From: Candidatus Bathyarchaeota archaeon
GTDB taxonomy: Archaea; Thermoproteota; Bathyarchaeia; Bathyarchaeales; Bathycorpusculaceae
Direction of reading: 5' to 3'
DNA: 64,000 bases
NCBI GenBank assembly: GCA_963775465.1
Contig: CAVZIW010000003.1
Span: 128,001-192,000 of the forward strand
A program made the position numbers and the translations under genes. The notes under the pieces are model-generated. The model was not told the origin of the DNA. It ran no database searches and was given only the letters and a program-made list of their open reading frames with translations. Shown here piece by piece: positions 19,124 through 27,718 of the stretch. Numbering within the stretch: the first letter of the stretch is position 1; each line of letters starts with the position of its first letter.

Positions 19124-20196
19124 AACGAATTTTTGTTTCCGACTGCGAAGGGCCCATCTCAAAAAATGACAACGCGTTTGAGTTGACGGAAAATTTTATT
19201 CCAAACGGAGACAAACTCTTTGCAAACATAAGCAAGTACGACGATGTTCTAGCAGATGTTTTGCGTAAACCAAACTACTGCGCTGGAAGCACACTTAAAT
19301 TAATTTTACCTTTTTTCAAAGCCTATGGAATAACAGATGCACAGGTGGAAAAGTTTTCAGCCCAAAATATCATCTTAATCACGAACACGAAAACAACGCT
19401 AAGTTACGTGCAATCCATAACCTCTTCCTTTATTGTAAGCACCAGCTATGAACACTACATCAAAGCTCTCTGCAAAGCAGTGGATTTCCCCTACAAGAAC
19501 ACCTATTGCACCAAAGTGAACCTCAACAAATTAGGTATCACTCCACAAGAAAAGGAACGCCTCAAAGAAATAGCTCAAGAAATCACTCAAATGCCCCTAA
19601 TTGACATTCCTCCCAACACGAAAACTCCCAAAGACTTTTCTGCTAACGATAGGATGTCAATTCAAAGATTAAACGAAATTTTCTGGGACATAATCCCAAA
19701 AATGTTTGTGGGAAAATTCCTTCTCGATGTCGTAACAGTTGGGGGGGAACAGAAAGCTGACGCTATCCGTGACTCAACTAAACGATTATGTTCCAAGTTA
19801 TCAGATGTCATGTATGTGGGTGATAGCATAACAGATGGGGAAGCTTTCAAACTCGTCCGTAGCAACGGAGGTCTAAGTGTATCGTTTAACGGTAACGGTT
19901 ATGCACTTAAGAACGCAGAAGTTGCGGTAATGTCAGAAAGCAACCTTGTCATTGCTGTCATTGCTGACTTATTTTGCAAGTTAGGCACAAAGGAAAGTCT
20001 CAAAATATTCAATTCTTGGAACATAGAAGCGCTAAAGGATAAGGTGGACACGATCTTACTGAAAAAACTTTTAGCACAAAGCAATGGGTTGCCGAAAGTT
20101 CAAATAGTTACGGCAGAAAATATGGAATCACTCGTAGAAGAGAGCTGTGAATTCCGAAAAAAGGTTCGCGGAACGGCAGTAGGGAGACTTGGATAA
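19120..20196 (+). CDS. HAD-superfamily protein, EhaR-like
   Basis: FVSDCEGP...NDNAFEL, VSTSY, K, YVGDSITD HAD motifs; TTGA overlap with purD. Confidence 0.8.
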   Translation: MKRIFVSDCEGPISKNDNAFELTENFIPNGDKLFANISKYDDVLADVLRKPNYCAGSTLKLILPFFKAYGITDAQVEKFSAQNIILITNTKTTLSYVQSITSSFIVSTSYEHYIKALCKAVDFPYKNTYCTKVNLNKLGITPQEKERLKEIAQEITQMPLIDIPPNTKTPKDFSANDRMSIQRLNEIFWDIIPKMFVGKFLLDVVTVGGEQKADAIRDSTKRLCSKLSDVMYVGDSITDGEAFKLVRSNGGLSVSFNGNGYALKNAEVAVMSESNLVIAVIADLFCKLGTKESLKIFNSWNIEALKDKVDTILLKKLLAQSNGLPKVQIVTAENMESLVEESCEFRKKVRGTAVGRLG

Positions 20197-21113
20197 TGGG
20201 TAAACCAGTAATTGAAGATACTTTCATAGAAACCTTTGCAGGAATATTTTGTCGAGTAATCGTGACTGCAGATGATGATGACACTCTTCGTCATGCTGCT
20301 GAGGATTCCACTTCTACGCCATCAGTAGTTATCGGTCGAACAGAGGGTGGAATTGAAAAATACCTTACCCCAAACGAAACTCCCGACAAACGTATTGGTG
20401 CGATTTTGCAGTTCTGGGGCGAAATAAATCCTAAAAAAACCTTCCAAGAGTCCTTAAACAAGTTTGAAACTGAGCTTTCTTATCGCATCCGTCAAGACAT
20501 CCTCGTAAAACCATTCACGGCAGTTTTTGACGCTTTGCCAAATCCCGCGGGCAAACTAGATATGATGGAAAAGGTTGGCCATTGCGGGGACGGGTTCGAA
20601 TGGATCGAGAAACGCCATGGAAGAGAAGTTATTGTTGTGCCCTTAATGGTTCCTGACTTTGTTATTGAGCGATGCTTAGGTTATTCCCGTGGTGTGATGG
20701 GTGGAAACTTTTGGGTAATGTGTACCACTAAGCACGCATTAAAAACAGCGGGGGAAAAAGCTTTAGATGCTATCCACCAAATTAGCGGTGTCGTAACGAC
20801 CTTTGACATTTGCTCCGCTGGCTCAAAACCTGAAACCCATTTTCCAAAGATTGGACCAACTACAAACCATCTCTATTGTCCCTCGCTTAGGACTCGGTTA
20901 GGAAAAGAATCCAAGGTTCCAGAGGGTGTCAAGTACATCGCTGAAATCGTTTATAATGGTGTATCATTGGCAGCAATCAAAGAAGCCGCGAAAGTAGGGA
21001 TAGCCGCTGTCTTAGATGTTGAAGGCGTTATGCGGGTTTCCGCTGGTAACTACGACGGAAAACTTGGGCAATACAAAATTCAACTCAAGGAGCTTTTCAA
21101 TGACAAAGTTTGA
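20196..21113 (+). CDS. Formylmethanofuran:H4MPT formyltransferase paralog (Ftr2/EhaS-like)
   Basis: IEDTF.E.F, EGGIE, TPD.R.G, GGNF, SAGSK, EIV.NG, SAGNY.GKLG. Divergent RIRQDILVKPFT and GHCGDG segments differ from canonical Ftr. Confidence 0.85.
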   Translation: MGKPVIEDTFIETFAGIFCRVIVTADDDDTLRHAAEDSTSTPSVVIGRTEGGIEKYLTPNETPDKRIGAILQFWGEINPKKTFQESLNKFETELSYRIRQDILVKPFTAVFDALPNPAGKLDMMEKVGHCGDGFEWIEKRHGREVIVVPLMVPDFVIERCLGYSRGVMGGNFWVMCTTKHALKTAGEKALDAIHQISGVVTTFDICSAGSKPETHFPKIGPTTNHLYCPSLRTRLGKESKVPEGVKYIAEIVYNGVSLAAIKEAAKVGIAAVLDVEGVMRVSAGNYDGKLGQYKIQLKELFNDKV

Positions 21114-22014
21114 TGTAATAGGTTTTGGCGCTCTTAACGTAGATACTCTTCTAAAAGTTGACAAAATTGCTGTCGCAGAAGAGGAAAGTTACATACGTGA
21201 TTACACAGAGGCATGCGGCGGTTCAGCTGCAAACACTATGGTAGCGCTGGCTCGTTTAGGTTGCAAAGTGGGCTTCATAGGTAAAGTCGCGAATGACCAC
21301 GAAGGTAGCCTTCAAATTGATTGCTTCAAAACTGAAGGTGTAGACACAGGAGGAATTATCCAAACAAACAAAGGCAAAAGTGGAATGGTGCTTGGCTTAG
21401 TAGATAAAAAAGGTGCACGAGCACTCTACATCAACTCAGGTGTTAACGACCTAATTGAGCCACGCGAATTAAAGTGGGAATATGTTTCCCAAACGCAATT
21501 TCTTCACCTCTCATCATTTGTAGGCGAAAAATCTTTTCGAACACAAAAAAAACTCTTAACATCCTTGCCAAGTAACATCAAAATCAGCTTTGACCCAGGC
21601 TCAGTGTATGCGCAAAAAGGCTTCGCTGCGATTGAACCGATAATACAAAACTCCTATGTTATGATGCCAAACGCGTTGGAGCTTGAACTTTTAACAGGCG
21701 AAAGTAATTATCCGAAAGGCTCAAGGCATCTGTTAGATATGGGTGTTAAAATTGTTGCTGTCAAGCTTGGTAAGAAGGGTTGTTACATAACCAACGGTCA
21801 AGAAAAGCGTACTATTGAACCTTTTAGAGTTCCAGTAGCTGATACTACAGGTGCAGGTGACGCTTTTAACGCAGGCTTTTTGTACGGCTTAATCAACAAT
21901 AAACCTTTAGCTGAATGTGGTAAGCTTGGAAATTTTGTAGCTTCCCAAAGCATAATGAAAATGGGTGCCAGAGCTGGCTTGCCTTATGAAAAGGATTTAG
22001 AACTTTTTGGTTAG
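21100..22014 (+). CDS. PfkB/ribokinase-family kinase (EhaT-like)
   Basis: GALNVD, GGSAAN, FDPG, PN..E, DTTGAGDAFNAG; ATG 21100 with AAGGAG RBS. Confidence 0.88.
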   Translation: MTKFDVIGFGALNVDTLLKVDKIAVAEEESYIRDYTEACGGSAANTMVALARLGCKVGFIGKVANDHEGSLQIDCFKTEGVDTGGIIQTNKGKSGMVLGLVDKKGARALYINSGVNDLIEPRELKWEYVSQTQFLHLSSFVGEKSFRTQKKLLTSLPSNIKISFDPGSVYAQKGFAAIEPIIQNSYVMMPNALELELLTGESNYPKGSRHLLDMGVKIVAVKLGKKGCYITNGQEKRTIEPFRVPVADTTGAGDAFNAGFLYGLINNKPLAECGKLGNFVASQSIMKMGARAGLPYEKDLELFG

Positions 22015-22815
22015 TTCCTCGATTATACTTTGGAATATTAGTTTGCCGTCGCCGTATTGCCGTTTAAGGTTTTCTCGTGTCCAGTCCGGTTGTTGCCACC
22101 AGTACATGGCTCGCTCAGGGTGGGGCATTAAGCCGAATATATTGCCTTCTTTGTTGCATATCCCTGCGATGTCATGGAATGATCCGTTAGGATTGGATGG
22201 GTATTTGCCGTTGGCTTCTTCGCCTTTTTTGGCACAATAGCGAAAAACCAACATGTCATTATCCTCGAGTTTCTTTAGGAGCAACTGTTCTTTGTTTTTA
22301 GGGAAGAGCAGTCGCCCTTCTCCATGTGCTATCGGGAGTCGTATTGTTTTTCCCGCCGGGATTTTGCTTGTAAAAACACATTTACCTTGATTTTCTTGTT
22401 TCAAATAAACCCATTCACATTTGAAACCTGCTGGCTCGTTGGTTGTGAGTGTAGCTTCAGGGTAAATGCTTATGCCATTAAAACCTGGAAGCAATCCATA
22501 TTCTACGAGAATTTGAAAGCCATTACAGATGCCGAGTATTGGTCTGCCTTCATCAACAAATTTTTCCATTTCTTTGCCTAATTGAGTTGAGAGATGCCTA
22601 GCGAAGATGACGCCTGAGCGCACGTAATCACCAAACGAAAATCCTCCCGGAAACACTAGAATGTTGTAATCAAGCAGATTTTTTCTTTTGCTCAGCTCGT
22701 TAAAGTGGACTATTTCTGCTTTCACGTCGAGCTCTGTAAATGCCCGTTGCGTCTCTACATCACAGTTCGTTCCGCCAACACGTAAAACACAGACTTTGAT
22801 GTCTTCTATCTTCAA
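21997..22815 (-). CDS. purQ: FGAM synthase glutaminase subunit
   Basis: GTNCD.ET, PGGFSFGDY, GICNGFQ, AHGEG, NPNGS, MPHPER. Confidence 0.97.
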   Translation of the reverse strand: MKIEDIKVCVLRVGGTNCDVETQRAFTELDVKAEIVHFNELSKRKNLLDYNILVFPGGFSFGDYVRSGVIFARHLSTQLGKEMEKFVDEGRPILGICNGFQILVEYGLLPGFNGISIYPEATLTTNEPAGFKCEWVYLKQENQGKCVFTSKIPAGKTIRLPIAHGEGRLLFPKNKEQLLLKKLEDNDMLVFRYCAKKGEEANGKYPSNPNGSFHDIAGICNKEGNIFGLMPHPERAMYWWQQPDWTRENLKRQYGDGKLIFQSIIEELTKKF

Positions 22816-25199
22816 TTCAGTCCTTCCTCAGGGCTAAGGGTTTTCTTCCAACTGTTTCTAAGTGTTTCAAGAGAGGCGTCAATAACAACTTTTCCGTTCA
22901 AACCTTTGATTATTATTTTCTGTTCTTCGGTTACTTTGCCAATCAATGAGCAGACTTTGCCTTTCATCAAATCCTCAAAATCTTCTTTGTCTGCTTCTGT
23001 GACTTCAACGATGAAGCGGCTGTTAGATTCAGAAAATAGCACGAAATCATTTCGAGTTAATTCTTTGCCTGAAACCTTTTTGAGTTCAATTTCTAAGCCT
23101 AAACCACCTGCAAACGACATCTCTGCTACCGCAACTGCTAGTCCACCTTCAGAGATGTCATGGCATGATTTAATTAAGCCTCTATCAATTGCAGAGGTGA
23201 CCGCTTTGAAAGTTCGTTTGGCTTTGGCGCCTCTGACTTTGGGCACGGATGCTCCGAGGTAGCCTTTAAGTTTGTAGTATTCTGATCCCCCTAGCTCGTT
23301 GAAGGTGTCGCCAACAATGTATATACAGTTGCCCACAGTTTTAAGATCTACACTGATAGTATTTTGGATGTTGGGAATTACACCAATCCCCGTTATGAGC
23401 AGAGTAGGTGTCACGGGTCCCATTGGGGATTCGTTGTAAAGGCTGTCCTTGCCAGAAATAAACGGCGTCTTAAACGCAACAGCAAAATCGTAGCATGCCT
23501 CACAAGCTCGAACTAGAGAGCCTAACCGTTCTGGTTTTTCCGGATTACCCCAAGTGAAGTTATCCAAAAGCGAAATCCTCCTTCCGCCCACAGCGACGTT
23601 GTTGCGTATCGCTTCATCTATTGCCGAAGCTGCCATCCAATAAGCATCGATTTTGCCATAGTTAGGGTTCATGCCGCAGGAAATCGTTAGCCCTTTAAAT
23701 GAATCATCCAGGGGTTTGAGAACTGCCGCGTCGTTTGGTCCAGCATAATCGCCTTGCAAGGGCTTAAGGAGTGTGTTACCTTTGACTTCATGGTCATAGG
23801 TGCGTATCACAGATTCTTTGCTCGCAATGTTGGGGGCTGAAAGTAATCTTATTAGGGTTTCATTCAAATTAGTTGGTTCAGAAAATTCTGGTTCTTTGAG
23901 AATATTGTTTTTAATGGTTGCAACTTTGGAGCTTTGACAAGGATTGAACATAAACTCCATTTCGATATCACTAACTATGTCGTCTTTGTACTTGAGTCGG
24001 AGGCGTCTCTCGGGAATCAAAGTTCCAATTGCTGTGGCAACAACGTCTTCTTTTTCAAAAACTTCCATAACTCTCTCCAAGTTTTCAGGTGGGATTACTA
24101 ATAGCATGCGTTCTTGGGATTCGGATAGATAGATTTCCCAAGGGGCTATGCTCTGGTATTTCAAAGGTACTTTGGCAAGGTCTACTGATACACCGCAGTT
24201 GAATCGTTCAGCGGTTTCGCCTACCGCAGAAGATAAACCTCCACCGCCTATGTCTGTTACCGCCGAACCCAGCTGAAGGTCTCGAATCTCCACAACTGCA
24301 CGTTTAACTTTCTCTTCCTCGATGGGGTCAGCAATTTGAACAGCTGGGCGCGAGATCTCCTCAGATTTTTCGGTGAGTTCTGCTGAGGCAAAAGTCACCC
24401 CGTGGATGCCGTCGCGTCCTGTCTTGCCGCCTGCCAAAACCACAAAGTCGCCGACCTTACCATTTTTGGCGTATTTTTTTAGGGGTAACAACCCGATACA
24501 GCCACAGTAAACGATAACGTTTCCAGTATAACTGTCATCGAAGTATATGGCGCCATTGACGGTGGGGATGCCCATATTATTTCCATAAGCGCTGATGCCT
24601 GCTGTTACACCCATATATACGTACTTTGGATGTTTAACACCTGCTGGCAGCTTGTTGTAATCGAAATCTAATGGGCCAAAACCCAAAACGTCAGTGCATG
24701 CGATCGGGTCAGCCCACACACCCAAGATGTCTCGAATAACACCACCAACACCGGTAGCTGCACCCCCAAATGGTTCTACTGCAGAGGGGTGATTGTGAGT
24801 TTCCACTTTTGCTGCTATACCATACCCCATATCAAATTTCACGATACCCGCGTTATCTTCGAAAACGCTAACGCACCATGGCGCCCTTATTTGTTTGGTA
24901 GCTTTGGCAATGTAAGTTTTAAAGAGACTTTGGATTTCTTTGTTGTCGAGTTCAATTTTGCCTTTAAAGGTTTTGTGACAACAGTGTTCACTCCAAGTTT
25001 GGCTTATTGTCTGCAGTTCCACATCAGTTGGATTACGTTTTTCTTTTTTGAAATAAGCCTGAATGACTTTGAGTTCTTCTGCACTAAACCCAAGCGAAAG
25101 TTCACTGTTTATTTCGGCAAGCTGCTCTTCGGTGGCTCTTGCTATTGAAAACTCCAATATTGAGTTACTTTTGCGTTGAGTGATTAGTTTAGGGTTCAT
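22812..25199 (-). CDS. purL: FGAM synthase synthetase subunit
   Basis: QTWSEHC.HK, ETHNHPS, GGAATGVGG..RD, TGRDGIHG, SESQERM, FSES. Confidence 0.97.
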   Translation of the reverse strand: MNPKLITQRKSNSILEFSIARATEEQLAEINSELSLGFSAEELKVIQAYFKKEKRNPTDVELQTISQTWSEHCCHKTFKGKIELDNKEIQSLFKTYIAKATKQIRAPWCVSVFEDNAGIVKFDMGYGIAAKVETHNHPSAVEPFGGAATGVGGVIRDILGVWADPIACTDVLGFGPLDFDYNKLPAGVKHPKYVYMGVTAGISAYGNNMGIPTVNGAIYFDDSYTGNVIVYCGCIGLLPLKKYAKNGKVGDFVVLAGGKTGRDGIHGVTFASAELTEKSEEISRPAVQIADPIEEEKVKRAVVEIRDLQLGSAVTDIGGGGLSSAVGETAERFNCGVSVDLAKVPLKYQSIAPWEIYLSESQERMLLVIPPENLERVMEVFEKEDVVATAIGTLIPERRLRLKYKDDIVSDIEMEFMFNPCQSSKVATIKNNILKEPEFSEPTNLNETLIRLLSAPNIASKESVIRTYDHEVKGNTLLKPLQGDYAGPNDAAVLKPLDDSFKGLTISCGMNPNYGKIDAYWMAASAIDEAIRNNVAVGGRRISLLDNFTWGNPEKPERLGSLVRACEACYDFAVAFKTPFISGKDSLYNESPMGPVTPTLLITGIGVIPNIQNTISVDLKTVGNCIYIVGDTFNELGGSEYYKLKGYLGASVPKVRGAKAKRTFKAVTSAIDRGLIKSCHDISEGGLAVAVAEMSFAGGLGLEIELKKVSGKELTRNDFVLFSESNSRFIVEVTEADKEDFEDLMKGKVCSLIGKVTEEQKIIIKGLNGKVVIDASLETLRNSWKKTLSPEEGLN

Positions 25200-25447
25200 T
25201 TCTCTTCAACGACGCTTATGGTGTAATTGTCTTTGGTTGGATTAGCTAATAGACGCTTGCTCATTTCTTCTGCTTTTGCTTTGACTTCTTCAGGCGAGGA
25301 TGCATCTAAGGTAATAATATAGACTTTGCTGACATCTACAGATGCTACTTTGTAACCGAGTTCAACGAGTAATCGCGCTGTGGTTTCACCTTCAGGGTTA
25401 CTGTGCCCTGGTTTAAGGCTAACCTCAATTTTGGCAACATATTTCAT
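25196..25447 (-). CDS. purS: FGAM synthase PurS subunit
   Basis: LKPG..NPEG, LLANP..DNY; coupled to purL. Confidence 0.93.
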   Translation of the reverse strand: MKYVAKIEVSLKPGHSNPEGETTARLLVELGYKVASVDVSKVYIITLDASSPEEVKAKAEEMSKRLLANPTKDNYTISVVEEK

Positions 25448-25471
25448 AGATCCTTAAATTATGCACAGATA

Positions 25472-25486
25472 ATTTAAACACTTTCG
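25472..25486 (-). promoter_or_regulatory. Putative internal BRE/TATA promoter for purSLQ
   Basis: Minus strand CGAAAGTG-TTTAAAT about 25 bp upstream of the purS ATG. Confidence 0.5.
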
Positions 25487-25505
25487 TAAAGAAAACTACA
25501 AAATT

Positions 25506-26594
25506 TTACGTTAGAACCATATGTCTATTTCGATAATTGATTTCTACAACGCGATCTTTGTTTGTAACTCTGCCTATTTGTTCAGGATTCACATCGCATT
25601 GTTCAAGCACACTTATCGCTTGATCGATATCCGTTTTGTCCACAATTATTCCAAATCCCCATCCCATGTTAAATGTTTTAAACATCTCCTCATCCGTTAT
25701 TGTGTATCCCAGTTCGGCGGCTGTTTTCTGGATTAAGTTAAAGACAGGTTGCGGCTTAAAGTTGTCAAATTTGAAACCTATTTGGGGTGAATAGTTGGCT
25801 AAGTTATTAAATTTGGTAAATGCATCTCCCGTTATGTGCACGGCGGCTTTGACTTTTACTTGACGAACAAGTTTGAGAATTGGTTTAACATAAATTTTGG
25901 TTGGCTCCAAAACTTCAAGCGCAACTTCTCTATTCAAGCCCTCTGGGACGTCGTCTGGTGAATATTTTCCACCCCACTGTTTGAAGAGTATCTTTCGCAC
26001 CAGCGTAATACCGTTGCTGTGAACGCCACTGCTGGATAGCCCAATTATTGGATCATCTGGCTCTATGTTCTCTCCTGTTATGATTTCTTGGCGTTCCACT
26101 TTGCCCACGGAAGCCACAACCATATCAAATCCAGCATTTTGTGTAATGCCCTTTATGATTTCCGCTACGTCGCCTGTTTCTCCTCCTGTGACTGGGCACT
26201 CAGATAGATGAGCGCCTTCAATGATGCCTTTTAACCATGCATTTACTAATTTGGGTTCGCTGGCTTGCGCATGAATATTGTCGGCAATTGCTAAAGGTTT
26301 AGCGCCCGAACGGATGACATCATTGACTGCCATGGCAACTGCGTCAATTCCTATGGTGTCGTATTTCTGGGCTAATTCAGCGATTAGAACCTTTGTGCCA
26401 ACACCCTCAATTACAAGGTCCAAAAATGTGTTTTCGCCTACTGCAAAGATGTTGCCGTAAGGTAGATGAAGTACTCCGTCAAATTGGCTATGTCTGTATG
26501 TTTCCTGTAGGTTTTTCAGGTTTTTTTTGGATTCGACGCGTTGTTTACGGTTCACGCCTGCATCGTCATAGGTGTAGTTTTTGGACATAGACAC
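25506..26594 (-). CDS. purM: AIR synthetase
   Basis: YDDAGV, EGVGTK, GIDAVAMAVND, GGET, SSGVHSNG, HITG, TFNMG.G. Confidence 0.96.
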   Translation of the reverse strand: MSMSKNYTYDDAGVNRKQRVESKKNLKNLQETYRHSQFDGVLHLPYGNIFAVGENTFLDLVIEGVGTKVLIAELAQKYDTIGIDAVAMAVNDVIRSGAKPLAIADNIHAQASEPKLVNAWLKGIIEGAHLSECPVTGGETGDVAEIIKGITQNAGFDMVVASVGKVERQEIITGENIEPDDPIIGLSSSGVHSNGITLVRKILFKQWGGKYSPDDVPEGLNREVALEVLEPTKIYVKPILKLVRQVKVKAAVHITGDAFTKFNNLANYSPQIGFKFDNFKPQPVFNLIQKTAAELGYTITDEEMFKTFNMGWGFGIIVDKTDIDQAISVLEQCDVNPEQIGRVTNKDRVVEINYRNRHMVLT

Positions 26595-26719
26595 TTCTCT
26601 CCTTGTACGCTAAATGTGTAGTTTGCTGTCTGATAATTATTTTGTTTGCCATACTCTCAAAATCGTTAATATCCTTCTTTGTCATGGTAAAGTTTTTCTG
26701 CTTATTGGGTATTTAGACC

Positions 26720-27559
26720 TTGATTATTGTGCAAGTACCCAAATACCATATCTACATAGAATACTCAGAGACCGAAAAGTCTGGAATTCGTTTCAACGTT
26801 TCCCACGAAGAGCTTCTTCGCGTCTTTGCAACACCGTTCGCTGTTGGTCAACCCTTCTGGTTTATGGGCAGACTCCTTAGTCCTATTAAAGTCATTAAAG
26901 CTGTCCTTTTCTGGTCCTATGAAACAGCCGACAAACTAACTCTCCCCAACCATGAAAGCCTCGTAGTCGTAAAAGACAAGAAATACCTCATCGAAAGCAT
27001 TCTTCAAAATAAAGTAAAAGGCGTCTACCCCTGCACTGAGGAATTTTTGCAGCCCGAAAAAATCCGGGTTCTCGCTCAACCAATTGTTGCATCTTCAAGG
27101 ATTGCACTTCAAAGAATTTTTGTTGTTTCTGGTTCTGATGATCATATGAAACAAGCCGTATTGGGGGCTTTGGCCAAACTCAAAATAGTGCCTGTGCTAA
27201 CTTGTGAAGAGCCAAGCCAAGGAAGAAAAATAGTGGACCGGTTCAATGACTATGAAGATATGGCTTTCGCGGTGGTTTTGCTATCCCCTGATGATTTTGT
27301 CTATTGCAGAAATGAGACAACTACGCAACGCAAACTCAAACCACAGCAGAATGTGGTTTTCCAGCTCGGTTTCCTTCTAGGCAAGCTTGGCAAAAGCAAT
27401 GTTTTTGTTTTGTTAAGGGAATGCGAAAACTTTCAAGTCCCTGATTTCGAAGGTTTAAAAACTGTAGCCTTCGATGATCGAGGCAGTTGGAAACTTACCC
27501 TCATTCGAGAATTATCTAGTCACGGATTTAGAATCGAAGCCGCCAGAATCGTAAAGTAG
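26720..27559 (+). CDS. Protein with a C-terminal TIR-like nucleotide-binding domain (Cap12/Pycsar-type), with apparent catalytic Glu to Gln
   Basis: IFVVSG.D, EEPSQGRKIVDRF, FAVVLLSPDD, QNVVFQLGFLLGKLG. Confidence 0.78.
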   Translation: MIIVQVPKYHIYIEYSETEKSGIRFNVSHEELLRVFATPFAVGQPFWFMGRLLSPIKVIKAVLFWSYETADKLTLPNHESLVVVKDKKYLIESILQNKVKGVYPCTEEFLQPEKIRVLAQPIVASSRIALQRIFVVSGSDDHMKQAVLGALAKLKIVPVLTCEEPSQGRKIVDRFNDYEDMAFAVVLLSPDDFVYCRNETTTQRKLKPQQNVVFQLGFLLGKLGKSNVFVLLRECENFQVPDFEGLKTVAFDDRGSWKLTLIRELSSHGFRIEAARIVK

Positions 27560-27640
27560 CTTAATAGAAGTTTTGATAGCAAAGTTTCTATATGAAATGA
27601 GCTACCCTATCAATTAACTACTCCATAAGAGGGAACATTT

Positions 27641-27713
27641 GCGGTTGTAGTCTAGCTCGGTAGGACATCAGCTTCCCAAGCTGAGTACCCGGGTTCAAAT
27701 CCCGGCAACCGCA
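27641..27713 (+). tRNA. tRNA-Gly (CCC), no intron, CCA not encoded
   Basis: Acceptor stem GCGGTTG/CAACCGC-A, anticodon arm TCAGC-TTCCCAA-GCTGA, T arm CCGGG-TTCAAAT-CCCGG. Confidence 0.97.
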
Positions 27714-27718
27714 CTCTC

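Noticed and set aside
16177-26594. AIR-producing genes feeding bza-type benzimidazole synthesis by the B12-rSAMs
   Set aside because: No ThiC-like BzaA/B/F or cobT in the window, so the link is unsupported; kept only as one option for the cluster
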